The notes: generated by a model not told the origin, from the sequence alone. Counted from the first letter of the stretch, positions 1 to 7,380 are shown. The stretch is DNA of 24,000 bases from Paenibacillus gorillae (GCF_000513275.1 NZ_CBVJ010000093.1:1-24000); one strand, 5' to 3'. Numbers and translations: made by a program.

Positions 1-236
1 AAAGAACGAAGCTAGCTTCGCTATTTAACGCAGGTCGGTTCGCAAATTATGCGGTATAGAACCCCATCTGGGGCGACTCTCCAGTATTTGCGAAGAAAAT
101 TTCGCTTTTGGAGAAGCTGCGTTCACCAGTTGCGAAGTTTGCTTCGCTGCAGCTTATATTGCCACTATTTTGCTCTCATACAGCGAACTTTGATTCGCTC
201 TTTTGCGAACCAGGTTCGCTATAGGGTAAATACTTA

Positions 237-270
237 CTAATCAAACGGTTCAATTCCGTTTGACTAGCCA
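237..270 (+). other. Hairpin resembling a tRNA acceptor/T-arm minihelix followed by CCA, inside repeat copy A
   Basis: ctaatca-aacgg / ttcaatt / ccgtt-tgactag, then cca. This is a 12-bp stem with one A.C mismatch and a 7-nt loop. GGTTCAATTCC matches the T-arm consensus GGTTCRANNCC. No D arm or anticodon arm is present, so it is not a tRNA gene. Confidence 0.4.
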
Positions 271-554
271 TATCCCGAGGTTTCCCCCGGAAATTCACAA
301 TATCATCAAGCCGGTTACCAAAAAACGAAGCAGCTTCGCTATTTAACGCAGGCCGGTTCGCTAATTATGCGGTATAGAACCCTATCTGGGGCCACTCTCC
401 AGTATTAACGAAGAGAATTTCGCTTTTAGAGAAGCTACGTTCACCAGTTGCGAAGTTTGCTTCGCTGTAGCTTATGTAAACACGATTTGGTACTTATATA
501 GCGAACTTTGATTCATTCTTTTGCGAACCAGGTTCGCTATAGAGTAAATACTTA

Positions 555-588
555 CTAATCACACGGTTTTATTCCGTTTGACTAGCCA
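555..588 (+). other. Second, more degenerate copy of the minihelix-like hairpin plus CCA, inside repeat copy B
   Basis: ctaatca-cacgg / ttttatt / ccgtt-tgactag, then cca. It sits at the same position in the unit as 237-270 and has one extra stem mismatch and an altered loop. Confidence 0.3.
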
Positions 589-1077
589 TACCCGAGGTTT
601 CCCCCGGAAATTCACAATACCATCAAGCCGGTTGCCAGAGAACGAAGAAGCTTCGCTATTTAACGCAGGTCGGTTCGCAAATTATGCGGTATAGAACCCC
701 ATCTGGGGCGACTCTCCAGTATTAGCGAAGAGAATTTCGCTTTTGGAGAAGCTACGTTCACCAGTTGCGAAGTTTGCTTCGCTGCAGCTTATGTAAACAC
801 GATTTGGTACTTATATAGCGAATCTTGATTCGTTCTTTTGCGAAGCAGGTTCGCTAATATACGGCAGAACACCCTAATACAACGCTACACCGGGCTCTGG
901 GAGCTGCGCCTGATAAGAAGTGTTTGTTAGGGCAAACGCCATACGTGCGTGGTTCTGACAGATTGGAGCATTAGTAATACCTTCATTTTAGGAGCCGCAG
1001 TTGAGAAGTTCACTAAATGTCAGTTTCTCTCTACTCACAATATCCGGCTCCTTCCTTACCATCGCCATGCTGGTTCG

Positions 1078-1684
1078 TTATTCAATGATACGAGTAACGG
1101 CCAGAGGTCCACGGTACATAATTCGGGTAAGCAGTAAAGCAAGCTCCTCGACCGGGAGGCTCATGCCACTGTGAATCCAGTGCGTTAACATGCCGATGTT
1201 GGCTGAGGTCATAAAAGCAATCAAATATTCTTTTGGAAAACTCGGATCGCGTTCGCCTACTAGTTTCATAAACGTCTGGTTGTACAAGCGCTCGGTCATA
1301 AATTCCCTGATCTGCATCGGAAACCGGGCATCCCCATTAGGTCCCAATATGACACGGCAAAAAATCAGCATGCTCGGCAAAATAATTAAGCACGTTCAAA
1401 CTAACTGGATAAATTTGATCCTTCTCGGCGTAGCGGATCATATCCAACGGATTCAAATGACTCATAGTCTCTGTAAGACCTACAAAAACCTCCTGTTTGA
1501 TCTGTTCCATCAGATCCGGCACATCCCGGTAATGCAAATAAAAGGTCCCCCGGTTAATTTCCGCCTTCTCGGTCAAATCAATTACAGTAACCCGTTCAAG
1601 TCCTCTTTCATCGACAAGCTCAAGCAAGGCTGTCCGAAGCAGACGCCTCGTTCTTTTTTTGCGCAAATCCGTTTTTTCTCCCAT
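1078..1684 (-). pseudogene. TetR/AcrR-family transcriptional regulator, split by a frameshift in a homopolymer
   Basis: Two overlapping minus-strand ORFs (1337-1756 and 1078-1380) read as the N- and C-terminal halves of one TetR-like protein. The N-terminal half, 'KRTRRLLRTALLELVDERGLERVTVIDLTEKAEINRGTFYLHY', is an HTH. The C-terminal half is 'ILGPNGDARF...LTHWIHSG'. The frames switch at the A6 run at 1359-1364 (T6 on the coding strand), and removing one base fuses them as '...YFAEHADFCRVILGPNGD...'. The likely start is the ATG at 1684, with SD aaggag 8 nt upstream. Confidence 0.75.
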
Positions 1685-1765
1685 CAGCCGAACTCCTTTT
1701 TTCAAATTAATAAACAGAGGAAACTCAAAGTGCCGAATACTCGACAAATGGAGCAAGATTGATTA

Positions 1766-1828
1766 TTGAATGGATACTTAACATCCTTATAATTAACATT
1801 GTGATCTTTAATAAACAGTTTGTCTATT
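1766..1828 (+). promoter_or_regulatory. Candidate sigma-A promoter for the membrane-protein gene, plus an imperfect palindrome that could be a TetR operator
   Basis: TTGAAT (1766-1771), a 16-nt spacer, then TATAAT (1788-1793). Downstream is the 19-bp imperfect palindrome aataaacagtttgtctatt (1810-1828), with 7 of 9 arm positions complementary. It lies in the divergent TetR/membrane-protein intergenic region. Confidence 0.4.
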
Positions 1829-1862
1829 ATTTAACGAAAGAGAAAAAGGAGAGAAATGAACG

Positions 1863-3086
1863 ATGAATGCTTCGAAAAACATGCTGCGCAATAAATGGGT
1901 ATGGCTCGGATTAGTTTTAGTGATCGGCGTTATTTTTATTATCGGTTTGGCTCAGTTAGGTTCCTCCTCCAATCCAGTGCCAAAAAACATGCCGGTAGCT
2001 CTCGTCTCGCTTGATAGGGATGTGCAGCTGCCTAACGGTCAGACGCTGGCTATTGGAAAAATGATTGAACAACAGCTCATGACTGCTGCACCTGCCCAAG
2101 GTACAGAACCTCCGCTTAAGTGGGAACGGGTTGACAGTAAAGCTAGCGCAATACAAGGTCTCGACGAGAAAAAATATTACAGTGTGCTGATTCTGCCGGA
2201 ATCGCTCAGCGCCAACATTGCTACGTTGTTCAGTCCACAGCCAAAAGCTGCAACGATTGAGGTTTATCTCAATCAGGGCATGAACGTGACCGGTGCTAAC
2301 CTCGTCTCCCAAATCATCGGCAAAATCGGCGAAGGTATGAATAGCCAATTGCGCAAACAAATACTGGAGGGCATAAAAGTCCAAGGTGATGTGTTGAACA
2401 GTGCTCAAGCTGCCGCACTTGCTTCACCTGTCATACTGCAGACAGAGACCGTAAATCCCGTACCGTCACACAGCGCCAATGGAAACGCACCAGTAGCGTT
2501 TACCGTTCTCGCATGGTTTGGTGCGATCATCGCATCCGTACTCACCTTTCAGGCTTCCGCCAAAGCCCGTTCCTTCAGCAGGCTAAACAATGCAGGCGTT
2601 GCTGTCTCGCAAGCCGTTATCGGCCTGCTTTATGCACTGGTGTCACTGGGCGCAACACTATTGCTAGCCAAAACAACCTTAGGAATGACGATTGCGGACA
2701 GCTGGCAATTCAATATTTACTTTACGTTCATTAGCTATTGCTTCTTTCTGATGCAATCCTGTCTGTTGAACTGGCTCGGCATGGGCGGAATGCCGGTTAT
2801 GATTCTAATCTTCTTCTTTGGCTCACCGATACTTGGATTACCTTCTCAAATGCTGCCTGCCATTTCGCAGGATTGGCTGTACTCATGGATTCCCCTTCGC
2901 TTCGGTACTGAAATTATACGCGAAGTGCTTTACTTCGGCGGCAGCTCGTTCTCCTCTACGTCTGCAGTTACTCTAATTATTATTGGAGCTATCTCCCTAT
3001 GCCTGTCGCTGTTGGCCGCAGTGTTCAAGCCTTATAAAAACAAGGAGAAGAGTGGAGCAGCAACGGAAAGTAAACTTGCTGTTTAA
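1863..3086 (+). CDS. YhgE/Pip-like or ABC-2-type (DUF3533-like) integral membrane protein
   Basis: 407-aa ORF with SD aaggagag upstream of the ATG. It has an N-terminal TM helix, a soluble loop of about 170 aa, then about five C-terminal hydrophobic segments. That topology is typical of YhgE/Pip/ABC-2 permease-like proteins. It is divergent from a TetR gene, and no ATPase gene is adjacent. Confidence 0.7.
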   Translation: MNASKNMLRNKWVWLGLVLVIGVIFIIGLAQLGSSSNPVPKNMPVALVSLDRDVQLPNGQTLAIGKMIEQQLMTAAPAQGTEPPLKWERVDSKASAIQGLDEKKYYSVLILPESLSANIATLFSPQPKAATIEVYLNQGMNVTGANLVSQIIGKIGEGMNSQLRKQILEGIKVQGDVLNSAQAAALASPVILQTETVNPVPSHSANGNAPVAFTVLAWFGAIIASVLTFQASAKARSFSRLNNAGVAVSQAVIGLLYALVSLGATLLLAKTTLGMTIADSWQFNIYFTFISYCFFLMQSCLLNWLGMGGMPVMILIFFFGSPILGLPSQMLPAISQDWLYSWIPLRFGTEIIREVLYFGGSSFSSTSAVTLIIIGAISLCLSLLAAVFKPYKNKEKSGAATESKLAV

Positions 3087-3104
3087 ACGGACTCACTAAA
3101 TAAA

Positions 3105-3150
3105 AAGAAGGCAGGAACCGTTTTGTCTGGTTTCCTGCCCTTCTTTGCTT
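3105..3150. terminator. Bidirectional intrinsic terminator between convergent genes
   Basis: Imperfect hairpin agaaggcaggaacc / ggtttcctgcccttct (3106-3143), flanked by an A-run upstream and 'tttgctt' downstream. Confidence 0.6.
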
Positions 3151-3158
3151 CGTCTGTA

Positions 3159-3668
3159 TTAGGCCGTTGGCATTTTCGTATCGGTTGGCTTGGCAAAGCC
3201 TTTCCCATAAGCCTCATCGATCCACTCGCGGATTTCAAGCGTCGTTTTGCCCGCTTGCTTCATCGTTACCGCCTGTGCAGCAATTTTCAAGCAGACGCCG
3301 CAGCGCGTTCCATGATCATCCCATACTACTGAACCATTGTCTTTCAATTCCGCGATAAAACAATTCAAATTGCTCTTATGATTAGCGCTCTCGCCGCATC
3401 CGCAGAAGCAAGGAATCCACTCCAGCAAGTCAGCAGCTTGTCCCGCCGCCTGATACACAATTCGCATATCCTCGCTTTGACCGTCCAAAAATTTCGGGAG
3501 CACAGCAGCAGATGCCGTCTCCTCCTGTAAATCGCCATTTACAGCGTGACTGCCATGCCCGTCATTTCCATGACCAGCGTGCTCGTTGTTTGGACTGCCT
3601 CCGTTGTTTCCGCCGCAGGCGGATAACAAAACAAGCGACAGCAAAGCCAAAATCGCAAGCTTTTTCAT
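3159..3668 (-). CDS. PCYCGC-motif lipoprotein with a His/Gly/Asn-rich N-terminal linker (putative metal-binding)
   Basis: Signal peptide with lipobox 'LLSAC', then 'GGNNGGSPNNEHAGHGNDGHGSH', then the cysteine cluster 'WIPCFCGCGESANHKSNLNCF' and a later 'HGTRCGVC'. Confidence 0.8.
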   Translation of the reverse strand: MKKLAILALLSLVLLSACGGNNGGSPNNEHAGHGNDGHGSHAVNGDLQEETASAAVLPKFLDGQSEDMRIVYQAAGQAADLLEWIPCFCGCGESANHKSNLNCFIAELKDNGSVVWDDHGTRCGVCLKIAAQAVTMKQAGKTTLEIREWIDEAYGKGFAKPTDTKMPTA

Positions 3669-3719
3669 CGTTTCCTACCCCATCCCCTATTGTAAATCGC
3701 TAGTACCGATTGATTTAAA

Positions 3720-4556
3720 TTATTCCTGCAGCTGCCGCTCTACGATTGGCTGCTCGTCCACAAACCCTCTCCGTTTGAGCCAGTTCGCACAATTAAGCGT
3801 CCAAGTATGCGCCTCTGGATGATCATAGGCAAGTCCAAGACCATGATGTCCGCTCTCATAGACATGCAGATCGAATGGCACGCCATGTTCGCTTAGCGCT
3901 TGCGAGAACATTAAGCTATTTTGTACAGAAACACCGCTGTCGTCAGCAGTATGCCACAGAAAAGCTGGCGGTGTATCGGACGTTACGTGCAGCTCGCCTG
4001 ACAGTAAGTCACGCTGCTGCTGGGACGAATCCTCGCCAAGCAGATTCAGCAATGACCCCGCATGGGTGTGCTTCCCTAATGAAATAACGGGATAGCACAA
4101 TACCATGAGATCCGGCCTGCTGCTGACCCGTTCCACAGGATCGGCACTCGATGAGTCGCCGGCATCATAATGCGTACCTGCAGTGGATGCAAGATGACCA
4201 CCCGCCGAGAACCCTAATATGCCGATGCGATCCGGATCTACACCGAATTCCGCAGCCCGGCTGCGTACAAGGCGGAGAGCCCGCTTCGCATCATTTAGCG
4301 GATGCGGATGCTGATTAGGAGCAACCCGGTAATCCAATACAAAAGCATGCAAACCAATATCGTTCAACCATTCTGCTATAGGTCTTCCTTCATGTTCCGC
4401 TCGGTAAGCATAACCCCCGCCTGGCAGCACGACAATAGCCGCGAGCGGCTTGTCCGATGCCTTCAAGTATGGGGTCAAAAACGGAATTTCACTAGCCTCA
4501 TCAATCGCACCCTCTGGCCAAATCGCAAATTTCTCCAATTCTTTGGGCACCTCCAT
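3720..4556 (-). CDS. Alpha/beta hydrolase (esterase/lipase-like)
   Basis: 278-aa ORF with an oxyanion-type 'VVLPGGGY', the nucleophile elbow 'GFSAGGH' and a C-terminal 'HGL' region. No clear SD precedes the ATG at 4556, so the start is less certain. Confidence 0.8.
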   Translation of the reverse strand: MEVPKELEKFAIWPEGAIDEASEIPFLTPYLKASDKPLAAIVVLPGGGYAYRAEHEGRPIAEWLNDIGLHAFVLDYRVAPNQHPHPLNDAKRALRLVRSRAAEFGVDPDRIGILGFSAGGHLASTAGTHYDAGDSSSADPVERVSSRPDLMVLCYPVISLGKHTHAGSLLNLLGEDSSQQQRDLLSGELHVTSDTPPAFLWHTADDSGVSVQNSLMFSQALSEHGVPFDLHVYESGHHGLGLAYDHPEAHTWTLNCANWLKRRGFVDEQPIVERQLQE

Positions 4557-4662
4557 TAAAGCGTTGTCATCTTATGATAACAGGTTGCTGGATCTTTTTA
4601 CAGATAGGATTGAATCGGTGGAGCTATTGCATTTCATAATCATTCTTGAAGGAGAGATTCCC

Positions 4663-4758
4663 TTGAAAAAACTTACCTATTGGGAGAAAAGACTTCTGAT
4701 CAGCTTAACGGCCTTTGCTGTAATCGGTATTATCGCCTATATCAGCAAGCATTTTTGA
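4663..4758 (+). CDS. Candidate 31-aa single-TM micro-protein with a TTG start
   Basis: SD gaaggagag (4649-4657), a 5-nt spacer, then TTG at 4663. Translation is MKKLTYWEKRLLISLTAFAVIGIIAYISKHF, with one hydrophobic helix. It is in frame with the 3' end of track ORF 4450-4758, whose upstream part overlaps the hydrolase gene antisense. Confidence 0.3.
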   Translation: MKKLTYWEKRLLISLTAFAVIGIIAYISKHF

Positions 4759-4956
4759 CTGTCGGTATGTGCATTAGAGCAATTCGGTAAAAATGGACAC
4801 AAGCACCTTTCCATTTGATCATGGAGGGTGCTTCTTGCTATCATTAGAATTAGCTATCATTAGCCACAGTCTCCCGGAAGCTACGGAATGGATCTCGCGT
4901 TCGCCTGCCTTGCATGCCTACGTGCAGCATCCATTCACCGACAAGGGAGGTTATGT

Positions 4957-5913
4957 ATGTTAAAAAGGATGTTGAAGTTGGTACTTTCCATTGCGGCTAT
5001 TTTATTCATCGTTATTACAGGAGCGAGCTTTTATTTCTACAATGTCGCGATTGCAAGGGATGATAAAAGCTTCCTTAACGGCAATCCCGATCTCGCTGTT
5101 ACTACAGCGGCTGCAGAGGCAGATGTTATCGACGGGGACGAGCATTGGTGGGAGAGACAGCTTTTCGAAGATTGGAAGCTACACTCCGAGGATGGCCTGA
5201 ACCTGCATGCTTATTATCTCACTGCACCTGCTCCTACCGATAAAACCGTCATTATTGCGCACGGTTATTCCGGCCAAGCCGTAACCATGGGCAAGTTGGC
5301 GCAAATGTATAGCGAGAAGCTGGGCTACAACGTTCTGTTGCCTGACGCCCGTGGCCATGGAAGAAGCGAAGGGCGCTATATCGGCTTTGGCTGGCCGGAG
5401 CGCAGAGATTACCTCGGATGGATTGCAAATGTGCTTGATCGCAGTGGAAGCAACTCTCAAATTGTGCTGCATGGCATCTCCATGGGCGGTGCGACCGTAA
5501 TGATGACCAGCGGCGAGGAGCTTCCGTCTCAAGTGAAAGCCATTATAGAAGATTGCGGCTATACTTCCGTACAAGATGAATTATCTTATCAGTTAAAACG
5601 GATGTATCGCCTGCCGTCCTTTCCGCTGCTGCATTCAACCAGCCTGTTGACCAAAATACGAGCCGGCTACGCTTTTAATGAAGCTTCAGCTTTAAAGCAA
5701 GTGAAAAAAACGGATACGCCGATGCTGTTCATCCACGGCGATGCGGACTTGTTCGTACCGACTGACATGGTCTACGAGCTGTACGAGAACGGCCCGGAGC
5801 ATAAGAAGAAGCTTTATGTCGTGCCGGGAGCCGGTCACGGCCAGGCTAGGAAGACCGACCCGGTCACCTATGACCGTGAGGTGTCGGAGTTTATCGGGGC
5901 ATATGTGAAGTAG
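4957..5913 (+). CDS. Membrane-anchored alpha/beta hydrolase (serine hydrolase; resembles, from memory, the Bacillus YqkD/YfhR group)
   Basis: The start was moved to the ATG at 4957, with SD agggagg 6 nt upstream. There is an N-terminal TM 'LVLSIAAILFIVITGASFYFY', the nucleophile elbow 'GISMGG', then 'HGDADLFVP' and 'GAGHG'. Confidence 0.85.
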   Translation: MLKRMLKLVLSIAAILFIVITGASFYFYNVAIARDDKSFLNGNPDLAVTTAAAEADVIDGDEHWWERQLFEDWKLHSEDGLNLHAYYLTAPAPTDKTVIIAHGYSGQAVTMGKLAQMYSEKLGYNVLLPDARGHGRSEGRYIGFGWPERRDYLGWIANVLDRSGSNSQIVLHGISMGGATVMMTSGEELPSQVKAIIEDCGYTSVQDELSYQLKRMYRLPSFPLLHSTSLLTKIRAGYAFNEASALKQVKKTDTPMLFIHGDADLFVPTDMVYELYENGPEHKKKLYVVPGAGHGQARKTDPVTYDREVSEFIGAYVK

Positions 5914-5920
5914 CTCAGCT

Positions 5921-6127
5921 TGAACTCGAATCGCTAAGCTCACCCTGATAGCATACTTCCGGGGTCGCTGCGTGATTCGGTTCATGCCGCTATTCTTGAT
6001 TCCATTGTTCCATCGCTTTCACGATGATTAAATGGATTGAATCTGCAAAAAATCGTCCTGAACTCGAATCATTACGCTCACCCTTGCTGCATCAGTCCGG
6101 GTCTCTACGCGTTTCGGTTCGCTCACC
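5921..6127 (+). repeat. Two diverged direct copies (~68 bp each, 138 bp apart) of a second short repeat
   Basis: 5921-5988 'tgaactcgaatcgctaagctcaccctgatagcatacttccggggtcgctgcgtgattcggttcatgcc' aligns with 6059-6127 'tgaactcgaatcattacgctcacccttgctgcatcagtccgggtctctacgcgtttcggttcgctcacc'. The word 'gctcaccct' occurs three times in the region 5937-6130. Confidence 0.7.
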
Positions 6128-6135
6128 CTTACCCG

Positions 6136-6353
6136 ACAACGAACCGGGTTCGTTAATTAGCGAAGGCTGATTCGCTGATTTGACTGTAAATCATGGATTT
6201 GAAGCTGCTCCTCAGCATTAGCAAAGAGATTTTCGCTATTGGCGAAGCTGCGTTCTTGAAAAGCGAAATTTAGTTCGCTGCAGCCGCTGCAAATGCCATT
6301 CGGCTCAGTAAGAACGAACTTTGATTCGTTCTTTTGCGAAGCAGCTTCGCTAT
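6136..6353 (+). repeat. Diverged dispersed copy (D) of the GCGAA/TTCGC repeat unit, in the same orientation as the array at 1-857
   Basis: It aligns by eye to unit positions ~6-222. It opens with the palindrome aacgaacc-g-ggttcgtt (6138-6154). It then has 'gcgaagctgcgttc...agcgaaatttagttcgctgcagc' and 'gaacgaactttgattcgttcttttgcgaagcagcttcgctat'. It lacks the minihelix/CCA module. Confidence 0.85.
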
Positions 6354-6487
6354 ATTGCTCAGCAGACCTAGTCACTGTCATAAACAGTGCCAGTGTCCTC
6401 CTTAAAGAGGTACAGCCCTGAGAAAAACAAAGCAGAACGGCCCTAAAAGCAACCTGCAAAGCATACAGCTTGCGGAAATTACTCTAT

Positions 6488-6530
6488 AAAGCACAAGAGA
6501 CTGCCTTCGCAGGCAGCCTCTTGTGCTTTT
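6488..6530. terminator. Strong stem-loop, possibly a bidirectional terminator
   Basis: aaagcacaagag-a-ctgcc / ttcgca / ggcag-c-ctcttgtgcttt, followed on the plus strand by 'ttttatcgttt'. It lies 46 nt beyond the stop of the minus-strand small ORF and downstream of repeat D on the plus strand. Confidence 0.6.
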
Positions 6531-6575
6531 ATCGTTTCACAGCCTTCATCAAATGTTGCGGAACGATAATTCTTC

Positions 6576-6749
6576 TTATCCGATAAATTGGTTAGCATGC
6601 ATCGTAACTTCCTCGATGCTCACATCTTTTATTTTCTTATCGCGAACATCTTTCCAGTTCTCATAATACTCTTGCTTCATATAGACATTCATATCGAATC
6701 TGCCCATGCGGAACATGACTCTATAACCGGTAATTTTATCGCTTGCCAT
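6576..6749 (-). CDS. Hypothetical 57-aa protein (below the ORF-track cutoff)
   Basis: My own translation of the minus strand is MASDKITGYRVMFRMGRFDMNVYMKQEYYENWKDVRDKKIKDVSIEEVTMHANQFIG. SD ggaggg (6761-6766) lies 11 nt upstream of the ATG at 6749, which is longer than ideal. The stem-loop at 6488-6530 follows. I recognise no family. Confidence 0.4.
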   Translation of the reverse strand: MASDKITGYRVMFRMGRFDMNVYMKQEYYENWKDVRDKKIKDVSIEEVTMHANQFIG

Positions 6750-6864
6750 CGATCCCCGTACCCTCCTGACGCTAATTCTTTACATAGATGCCGGAAAATC
6801 GCCTACTTTAAATTCCAACTATTCATCACGCCGGAGGCTCAAGATAAATCGTCGATCCGACCTG

Positions 6865-7225
6865 TTAAACCAGCGCCCTAATAATTGCCGTAATCGCTTG
6901 AGCTCGCGTCGTCTGCTCTTTTAGGGTGAAACAAATTCTCACCCGTTCCCGTCATAATATTCAATTCGGCCAGCCGTTGTACGGCTTCCGCGTATTTTTG
7001 ATCCATTGCTTTAGAATCCGTAAAATGAGGCGAACGAATATTTGCACTGGTATCGTCAATTTGCAGCGGTGCTACAGCTGTCGCCAGCATACCCGCCATC
7101 TCCTCCCGCGTCAAGGGCCGTTCGGATCTTACCTTCAATTACCGGGCCCACATACGCCCATGCCATTCTTTTCAAATCAGCTGGCCATACAACTAATAGA
7201 GGGCCAAGCTGATTCAAACAACCCG
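6865..7225 (-). pseudogene. Remnant of the C-terminal part of an SLH (S-layer homology) domain protein, with at least two frame breaks
   Basis: Track ORF 6878-7138 reads '...RPLTREEMAGMLATAV...FTDSKAMDQKYAEAVQRLAELNIMTGTGENLFHPK'. After the run 'aaaa' at 6920-6923 the SLH-type ending 'EQTTRAQAITAIIRALV*' continues in another frame, with its stop at 6865-6867. Upstream, 'ADLKRMAWAYVGPVIEGKI' is SLH-like in a third frame and is separated by a stop codon. There is no upstream catalytic or N-terminal part and no signal peptide. Confidence 0.55.
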
Positions 7226-7339
7226 TATTTTCACGATTTCATCCCATTCGTCATTGAAAAAATCTTCTACAGCACACTAACTTATTTTACCATCACCAAC
7301 GTGAAGTAGGCTATTGAAAATTAGAGTTTCCTCGTATAG

Positions 7340-7380
7340 AGCAAAATTTGACTCATTCTTTTACGATACAGGTTCGCTAT
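7340..7380 (+). repeat. Short degenerate fragment (E) matching the 3' end of the GCGAA/TTCGC repeat unit
   Basis: 'agcaaaatttgactcattcttttacgatacaggttcgctat' aligns with unit 182-222 'agcgaactttgattcgctcttttgcgaaccaggttcgctat'. Confidence 0.55.

Larger units (their letters stand above)
1..857 (+). repeat. Tandem array of a ~318-bp non-coding unit: copy A ~4-322, copy B ~323-639, copy C ~640-857. Copy C is truncated, and the array may continue upstream of the window.
   Basis: The anchor 'acgaag' recurs at 6, 325 and 642, giving periods of 319 and 317. Long stretches are near-identical between copies, for example 'cttcgctatttaacgcagg.cggttcgc.aattatgcggtatagaaccc'. One variable patch differs: 156-182 in A versus 474-499 in B, and C shares the B version. 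Copy C loses similarity after 'gcgaagcaggttcgcta' at about 857. Confidence 0.92.

Noticed and set aside
89-219. TTGCGAA words as Spo0A boxes (TGNCGAA)
   Set aside because: The recurring word is T-T-G-C-G-A-A, which matches the 0A box only in its CGAA half. The motif's pairing with its own reverse complement is a better description. An exact TTCGACA at about 11437 is a single 7-mer, and a few such matches are expected by chance in 24 kb.
49-240. 63-aa plus-strand ORF inside repeat copy A
   Set aside because: The equivalent frame is closed after 13 codons in copy B (tat TAA) and copy C (tat TAG). The Arg-rich composition simply reflects the CGN-rich GCGAA/TTCGC motif. There is no SD.
237-270. 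A genuine tRNA gene, tRNA pseudogene or att-site remnant
   Set aside because: Only an acceptor-like plus T-arm-like hairpin exists. The 5' strand of the 'acceptor' abuts the T stem directly, so there are no D or anticodon arms, and this is not simply the 3' half of a tRNA. It is kept as a low-confidence structural look-alike.
1-857. CRISPR array, tandem T-box leaders or tandem riboswitches as explanations for the tandem repeat
   Set aside because: The period is about 318 bp with whole-unit similarity, not 25-40-bp repeats separated by unique spacers. I found no T-box core (AGGGTGGTACCGCG-like) and no riboswitch core I recognise. The array is not followed by a co-oriented gene, since the next gene is on the opposite strand.
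6157-6459. 100-aa minus-strand ORF running through repeat copy D, with an AAGGAGG about 15 nt upstream of an internal ATG
   Set aside because: The same frame is closed by a stop in the tandem copies (the minus strand of copy A gives '...ttc gct gta tga'). The SD spacing is too long. The low-complexity 'SE..SF..SE' sequence mirrors the repeat motif.
6588-6881. 97-aa plus-strand ORF
   Set aside because: It has no SD and an implausible composition. It lies antisense to a better-supported small ORF and overlaps the SLH remnant.
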